Virus record (IMG/VR): IMGVR_UViG_3300025653_000098
Span: 1-38,059 of that record
DNA length: 38,059 bases
Strand: one strand, 5' to 3'
DNA from: a virus
Taxonomy: Duplodnaviria > Caudoviricetes
Below the pieces are notes generated by a model. It did not search any database, was not told where the DNA came from, and saw only the letters and a list, made by a program, of their open reading frames with translations. Both the position numbers and the translations under genes were made by a program. Positions 27,738 through 35,100 of the stretch are shown here, one piece after another (position 1 is the stretch's first letter; each line of letters starts with the position of its first letter).

Positions 27738-29102
27738 ATGGGAGCTTACACTAATCCAAAACTATACGGGCTAGACTTTAGCGTTATCACTGAAAATACT
27801 TCAGCGGCAGCGGCTAAAATTGCGTATGCTACAGCTAAGCAACAAGAGGAAAGAGCAAAGCGCGAAAAAGAGTTTAAGGATTCATACAAAGACTTTATCA
27901 GTAAGGCTTATCTTGATGCTAACGATTACTTAGGAGAAGAGTACAGAAACTCACTTAACGATTCTCTTCAAGACATTGAAAACTTCGCTAGCATGTCGGA
28001 GGCTGACAAACAAAACGCTATTAGAAACGTACAGGCTACTAATGCTGGTATGAGTGAGATTGCTACTAAAATGTCCGAGATTGCTACTATGGACATCGAC
28101 ATTGACAAATATGACGACCCATCTGTTAGATTATTAGGAGCAATGGCAAGAGGCGATAGGAATGCTTTTAAATCTGTTAAAGATCCAAATAACCCTATGG
28201 TTATTAATTGGCAGTATACAGAGAAAGACCCTGATACAGGGGAGTCTAAAACCTATGATATTTCAATGAAAGACCTTAGAATGAGTATGGGTTCTGTTCA
28301 AGATATATCTCCACGTATCGATGCTATCGATAATGAACTATCTGCCTTGGCTGGGCAGTACCAAAAGAATATTAACTCGTTCGCAACTAGAGGTGTTAGA
28401 TTTGATTGGGAAAGTAAGTTTTCAGAGTACTTTAAGGGCATGGATGAAGAAGAGCTTGACTTATACTATAGAAACGCTTTTCCGGACATTAGAGGAGTCG
28501 ATTACACTCCAAACATTAATCCTGCAACCAATAAACCTTGGGGTGATTCAGATGAAGAACAAGCAGAAAGAGAAAGGTTATATAACGAAAAGCGACAAGA
28601 CTTAGAGGCTAGGTTAAAACAAAAGATAACTGGATTGTTAGCTGATACACCTTTAGCTATGACAGAACGAGAAAAATTAGCTGCGTCTGAAGCCCGCGCT
28701 AGAAGAACGGCACTGTACAAGCAAAGTTTGAAAAATCTTGAAAAAACAAAAGATTTTGATCAAGATTTATTTGATACTATTTCAGGAATAGCGGATGAAA
28801 TTAAAGCGTTTCCTGGGTATTCTACAAAACAAGCAATAGATCCTCTTGATTCTCGAGCTCGTTTTTTAAAGGGGAAGCAAATCAAGATTCAAGGAAAAGA
28901 TAAAACTATAACAGATTCTTATATTAAAAATGGGCAACTTGTCGTTGAGTATAAAGAATTTAGTAAGGGCGGTACAACAAGACAAACTCAATCATTTAGT
29001 CTTGACAGACCCGATGATTTATATTTGGCAATAACAACTGCGCAGGGCGTGTTACAAAAACCTAGTCAATCAACATCAACATCTAAGCCATCAGCATATT
29101 AA
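27738..29102 (+). CDS. Probable internal virion/ejection protein
   Basis: 454 aa, helical, between the pilot-like gene and the giant ORF. Confidence 0.6.
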   Translation: MGAYTNPKLYGLDFSVITENTSAAAAKIAYATAKQQEERAKREKEFKDSYKDFISKAYLDANDYLGEEYRNSLNDSLQDIENFASMSEADKQNAIRNVQATNAGMSEIATKMSEIATMDIDIDKYDDPSVRLLGAMARGDRNAFKSVKDPNNPMVINWQYTEKDPDTGESKTYDISMKDLRMSMGSVQDISPRIDAIDNELSALAGQYQKNINSFATRGVRFDWESKFSEYFKGMDEEELDLYYRNAFPDIRGVDYTPNINPATNKPWGDSDEEQAERERLYNEKRQDLEARLKQKITGLLADTPLAMTEREKLAASEARARRTALYKQSLKNLEKTKDFDQDLFDTISGIADEIKAFPGYSTKQAIDPLDSRARFLKGKQIKIQGKDKTITDSYIKNGQLVVEYKEFSKGGTTRQTQSFSLDRPDDLYLAITTAQGVLQKPSQSTSTSKPSAY

Positions 29103-29112
29103 AAATAATATA

Positions 29113-32100
29113 ATGAACGAAGAAGTTTTACGAAAACTGTATAATAACGGCTCTCAATATTTTAGTCTTCCAGATTTTGAAACTTTCAAAACTGACATGC
29201 AAGATGAGAACAAATTAACCAAATTTAGGGAATCAATGTCTGAGTATTTCAGCATACCAGATATTGAAACATTCAAATCTGATATTGGTTTTAATCCGGG
29301 AAAGCAAGAAGGTGTCCAGACTGTGGCTGCGACTGCGGCGCCTGTTACACCAGAAGAGCCTCAGCAGCCTACCACATTTCAGCAGCCTTCTCCATTATTA
29401 GAGCAAGAGTTACCAATTGGTGTAGCATCTTTAGGCCAAATTAAATCACAAGAAGCTCCTAAAGAAGAAGTAAAAGATCAGAAAGTAGACCCAATAGTTA
29501 AGTCATACGCGGATAAAATAAAATCAATTAGTGAGGCTGGGTTAACACAAGAACAACTTAATGAAATTGAAAGGCAAATAGAAGAGCCAAAGCTTACTAG
29601 TAAATTAGTTAAATCATTTGGAGATTTTAAAACGGTTACAGAAGAAAAATATGCTTACGAAGATTATTTAGACGAAGCTAAAAAATTATACGCTGATCAA
29701 GAAGATGTTAATATATCTGCGGTAACCGATGATCAGGCTATACCAGTTGCAAAAGATTTACTTCGGTCTGAATTAAAAAACCAGATTACAAACGAACAAA
29801 GAAAGCAAGTTCTTGACGATTTTGAGGATGAGTATTCAGAAGGTTTTGTCGACAATTTAAAGAAAACTGGATTTGGCATTGCTAGATTAACCAATTTTGG
29901 TTTAATGGCAACAGCTGGAGAAATAGGCCTTAAAAAAGTAATTGAGTCAGACGTGTTGCCAGAAGGAATATCTGAAGAATATGTGACTCCGGTAAAAGAT
30001 TTTTTTGCATCAGTAAATGAAGCACTTACATCGAAAGAAGATTTAGAATACGAACAAGGTAGAAAAGAATTAAAAGAATTAATAGCTCAAGCATCGGAAG
30101 ATAAAAAGACGTTAGCTGAAAACAAAAGAAAAGACATAGACGTTGATGTTTTAGCTTTTGACGACAACGTTGAAAAAGCTGAAGAATTAAAAAAACAAAT
30201 AAACGTAATAGACAATAAATTCAAGCTTGGTGAAAAATTAAGTGAAGAAGAAATAAATGCTTATAACTCTACAGTTCAAGAATTTAATGGGCTAGCAAAA
30301 GATATTAATTATCTAGGCAATAAAATAAATAAACAAGCTGAAGAACTTAACGATATAAACGTGTCAAGTTCAGATTTAGAAAAAGCAGTTGAACAAGCTG
30401 GTAAATCTTACAATGCTCTTGATGTAACCGTTTCTAGAGTTGTTGGTTCTGGTTTGCAATTAACATCTGGCGTTGTAAATTTATTTGATGATTTTTTGTC
30501 AATAACGCCAACCGGTGTAATGATTAATGCTATCTCTGATGAGCTGGATTTACCATCTATTACATCTTCAGTATTAAATGACACGGAAAAAACTTCTTTA
30601 ATAGAATCTTTTGCAGATAAATTAAAAGAAATAGATAAAGAAGAGTTTACCGGAAAGGTAAGGGAAACTCAAGATTATAGAACAGCTTTTAAGAGCGGCG
30701 ATAATTTTTTAGACTTTGCATTAGATGTTGTTAGTGGGCAATCTATTAATACAGCTATTACCGCTGCTACTGGCGGTGTTGGCTTAGCGATACTTGGTGG
30801 AGCGGCTTATGGTAATAAAGTCGATGAATTAGAAGATAGAATACAAGGCAAAGGTGACTATGCTTTAAAGGGCCCAGAAGACATACCTCTGTGGAAATAT
30901 TATACAACCGGCTTAATAGTAGGTGGTGCGGAAGCTGGTTCTGAATACGTTGGTTTAAGGCAAGTTAGGGCTTTAAACAAAAGCATAGGAATAGTAGCTA
31001 AAGCAAGCCCAGGCAATAGAGCGTGGTATGATTTATCAACAAAAAAATGGTCAAGAAAATTTGCTGAAAATGTAGTACAAAACGCTTGGCAACCAATTGA
31101 AGAAGGTGGTTCTGAGGCTATTGCACAAATAGCCCAAAATGCTGCGGATGTATATATTCTTGGCGATGATAAAAACATACTTGAAGGCGTAGACGAAGCT
31201 TTTATAACTGGAGCGACATTTAGTGGTTTAGCAATGTCTGCACCTAAAACTTTTGTCGATGCTTCTGTTGCATTTAGAAGTTCAGATGTAGATATCCAAA
31301 TTAACAAAAGAACCAAAAAACTAGGCGAACTAGCCTTACGAAAGCAAGAGATAAATAATAAAGAAAATAAAACACAAGAAGACCTAGATCTATTAAAAGA
31401 AATAACTGCAGAGCAGGAGATTCTAATACAGGAAAATTACAATGAAGTTAAAAACGTAGTTACACTTCTTGATGAATTAAACTTTGGTCAAAAACAAGCT
31501 TTAATAAAAAACGAAACAAAAAGAGCGAGTTTAATAAGAAAAGCTAAAGATATATCAGAGTCTAAAGATTTAACTAAAGATCAGAAAGAAAGCCAAATAA
31601 AAGAACTTGAAACACAGTTTAAGGATTTAAAAAATAAAAGGGATTTAATGCTATCAAGGTACAATTTTGATAGACAATCACAAATCTCACATTTATACAA
31701 CACTGTTAGGGCAAACGAAACGGGTAAAGAAATAAAAATAATTGATGCGGAAAATATTGAAGATGCGGAGGTTCAGTTTAATTCTGCTTTAGATCAAGCA
31801 TTTATTGATGACATTATTACACAAGAGCAATATTATAAATCCAAAAAAGAATTTGCAGAGTTAAAAAAGGAGTTAAAAAAAGGAAACGTTAGTGTTTCAG
31901 GTCAAGCAATAAACGCCGATAATAATTTTCCGTTTGTTCTAACATTAAGAAATGAAGCGGTTGATCCAAATAATGGAGATTCTTTTGTTCATGGGCATGA
32001 GTTTCTTCACGCCTCATTTTTTAATAAAATAAGGGCTCTTGGTGGCGATGTTGTTAAAATAAGTGACTTACTATATAATCACTATAAAAACAATTACATA

Positions 32101-35100
32101 ACAGACAAAAAACAATTACGCCAATTTGAAAATGATTATAAAAAATTAAAACGAAAAGGTACAAAAGAATCTGAATCTCTTTGGCATGAAGAAAGAATTA
32201 TAGCTATAACAAAAATGATTGCACTTGCTGAACGATCTGGTAAGTTAGATAAATCATTTTTAGCTAAAATTAAATCTGCTTATAATGGATTGTTTACAAA
32301 CCCAGTAGAAAAAACAGAGGCGGGTAAATTAAAATCCGGAGAAGATGTGTTTAATATGTTTCTTACATATGGCACTAGATTTATGTCTGGTGATGTCAAA
32401 GAACTTGTTAAGTTAGAAAAAGGCCTTGATATAGACGCTTCTTTAACTGGAGAAAAAATAGAAGTTGGATCGAGATTTTCAAGAAAAGAATTGGGTGATT
32501 CAATTAAAGCATTAGTACCAGAAGGAACAACAAAAGCTGAGTATGATTCAGAAGTTATTGGCACGGTATATCTTGATTTAATTCTTGGTAATAAACTACA
32601 TCCATTAATAAACAAAAACCTTGCTAGATTTGGTGTTCCAAAAGAACAAGTTACAGATGAGTTTTATGAAGATGTAAAAAGTCAATTATTTGAACGCTCA
32701 TTACAAAGATTTAATCCAGAAAAGAATGATGATCTTGGAGGCTTTGTGATAGATGAGTTACAGAGGTTTGCGATACCAGACATTGTTAACCAATATAAAA
32801 GCCAAGGCAGATTCCAAACAACTGAACAAGTTGAAGCGGTTCCAACTGAAGGTAGGGTTAGACCAATGCAAATTGCTGAAGAAACAACTACTGAAGACGT
32901 AGTTGAAAGAGCTGAAGAGCAAGAGTTTAAGGTACAAGATAAGACGTTTAGAGAAAAGCTTGGCATTGAAAAGGGAAGCGACCTTTATAACAGCGTGATT
33001 GATTCAGTGAGAAGAACGTTTGGCACTAAACTACCTCCGGTAACCAATAAGAAGTTTAGAAGAACTCTAATAGATCGTTTTAGAAGGGAACTAATGAAGC
33101 CAGTGAAAGATTTTATTGGCAAAGGGGAGAAGTATAAAGACTTTGTTTTCAACAACTCTGAACTTATACTTCAAAAAATACCTACTAGAGAGCTTGTAAG
33201 GTTAGAGCGTCGAGAAGAAAATAAAATATTTGCTGAGATTGTATCTGAAAATTCTAGCCCAAAACAAGTTGATGATGCGGTTTCAAAGGGTTTATACCTA
33301 CTTCCTGGAGCGTCAAGGGATTCTAGTCCTACTATTTACAGGAAGATAGAAACAACACCCGAACAACTATGGAATTTTCTAACGGGTAATTCAAATGACA
33401 TTAACTCAGCTCGTAAAACAGCACTATCTGAGCGCTTAGCTCAAGAACTAGCTCTTGACGCTACCATGATGGTGTTGAAGGATCCAGAATTCAATCTAAT
33501 TGCTAAAGTGGAAGAGGTGTCTGTAATGATGGGTGAGCCGTTTCCTAAAAACTATGACGCTGAGTTGGGGGCAACTATAGAGCGCGACCCATCCGATACT
33601 AGGTTCTCTAAAAGAGACAAATCATGGGAAGACTCTGCGAAAAGTTCTTTACCTAATTCTGGAATAAAAGATGTAGATGCCTTTATAAACAAGATCAAAA
33701 GAGGTAAGTGGGGAATGCTTACCGGAGAGAACCCAGACTCGATACAAGCAACGAATGAAGAAAACATATCTTACAACAAAAAAGCTGTAGATTGGTTTAA
33801 TGAAAAGAATGAACAAAGAGCAAAATACAAACTTCCAGAATATAAGTTAATACCAATATTTGGTAAGTATGGCTCCCCAGAAAATTCGTTTTTTGTTGAA
33901 GGATTAGAAAGAGATGATGCAGCTGAGTTTGCAAGAGATCTTAAACAAGAAAGTGTCGCCACTAATGAAGGCTTGGTGTATAAAGACGGTACAATAAACC
34001 TAATAAAAAAGGGACTTGAAAAGTTTAATACTAAGGCTGACGACTACTATTCCGTAATAAACATAGACGGAAGTAATCTTGAGTTTCAAATAGAGTATGA
34101 CTTAGATAATTTAAGTCTTTCTCTACCAACAGATGTTCAGAACAAACTTATTGATGATGGTGATGGTAATTATGAGTTTTATCATTACTCTTTTGAAAGA
34201 AGAGATGTGTTAAAGCCATCATCTGGAGACATGGCAAGGAGCTTAACCAGTAGAGAAGAGGCTAATGCATTATCCTCTGTTGGTGGGGCTGTGATGTTTT
34301 ACACAGATAGGGACACAAAAGAGCCTGGTGTTGGAGATGAGTTACACGTTGTCAAAATAAAAAAGGAGAAGGTGTATCACTTTCAGTCTGATGTAGCTGG
34401 GTTTTACGAGAAAGCTAAAAAACTTTTTAACGAAAAAAGACCTGGGCAGGCATTCAGTCCAAACTATCAAGCTGCATGGATATCTAAAGTTATGAAGGAT
34501 GCTGGTTATGAAATGTTGGTTACAAACTGGAATCGAGGCAGATTAAGGGCTCAAACAAACATTGAGGTGACTCCGGAGTCAGGTGTGACCAGGTTTTCTA
34601 AAAAAGAAAAAGTAGATTCAAAGTCAAAAGAGTCTATTAAGAAACTAATAAACAAAGTTTCTAGATTAACTGATAATGATAAAGCTAGAGAAATAGTTGC
34701 TAAAGAATTAAGACAACTTTTAAAAGACTCTGAACTAAGTCTGTTTTCAAAAAGAACTATAAACAAGGTTATTACAAGCCTAAAGAACACTAATGTCAGT
34801 AACATGCAGAAGATGTTGGACAAGGTGGACGACGCAATATCCAATGACGAGGGAAGAGTAGAGAGAATTAAGAGATACAAAGACAGAAGTAGAGCAATAA
34901 AAAGAATTGCCAAGATAGGCCAGTTAAAAGAACTTCAAGAATCATTTGTTAGAGTTATGGGTATAGACCCAAAGTATCTTTCTAAGAAAACGCAAAAGGA
35001 ATACGATAGTATTTTGAGTGACATACTAAACATAAACAAAAAGTATGACAAAACATCTAGGGACGCATTTAAGGCTAAGATAGATCTTGTTTTAGACTCT

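Noticed and set aside
30133-30147. DIDVD as a virion RNA polymerase DxDxD motif
   Set aside because: It lies in a coiled-coil, charged region without double-psi-barrel context. I saw no DFDID- or DFDGD-type motif in the translated part.
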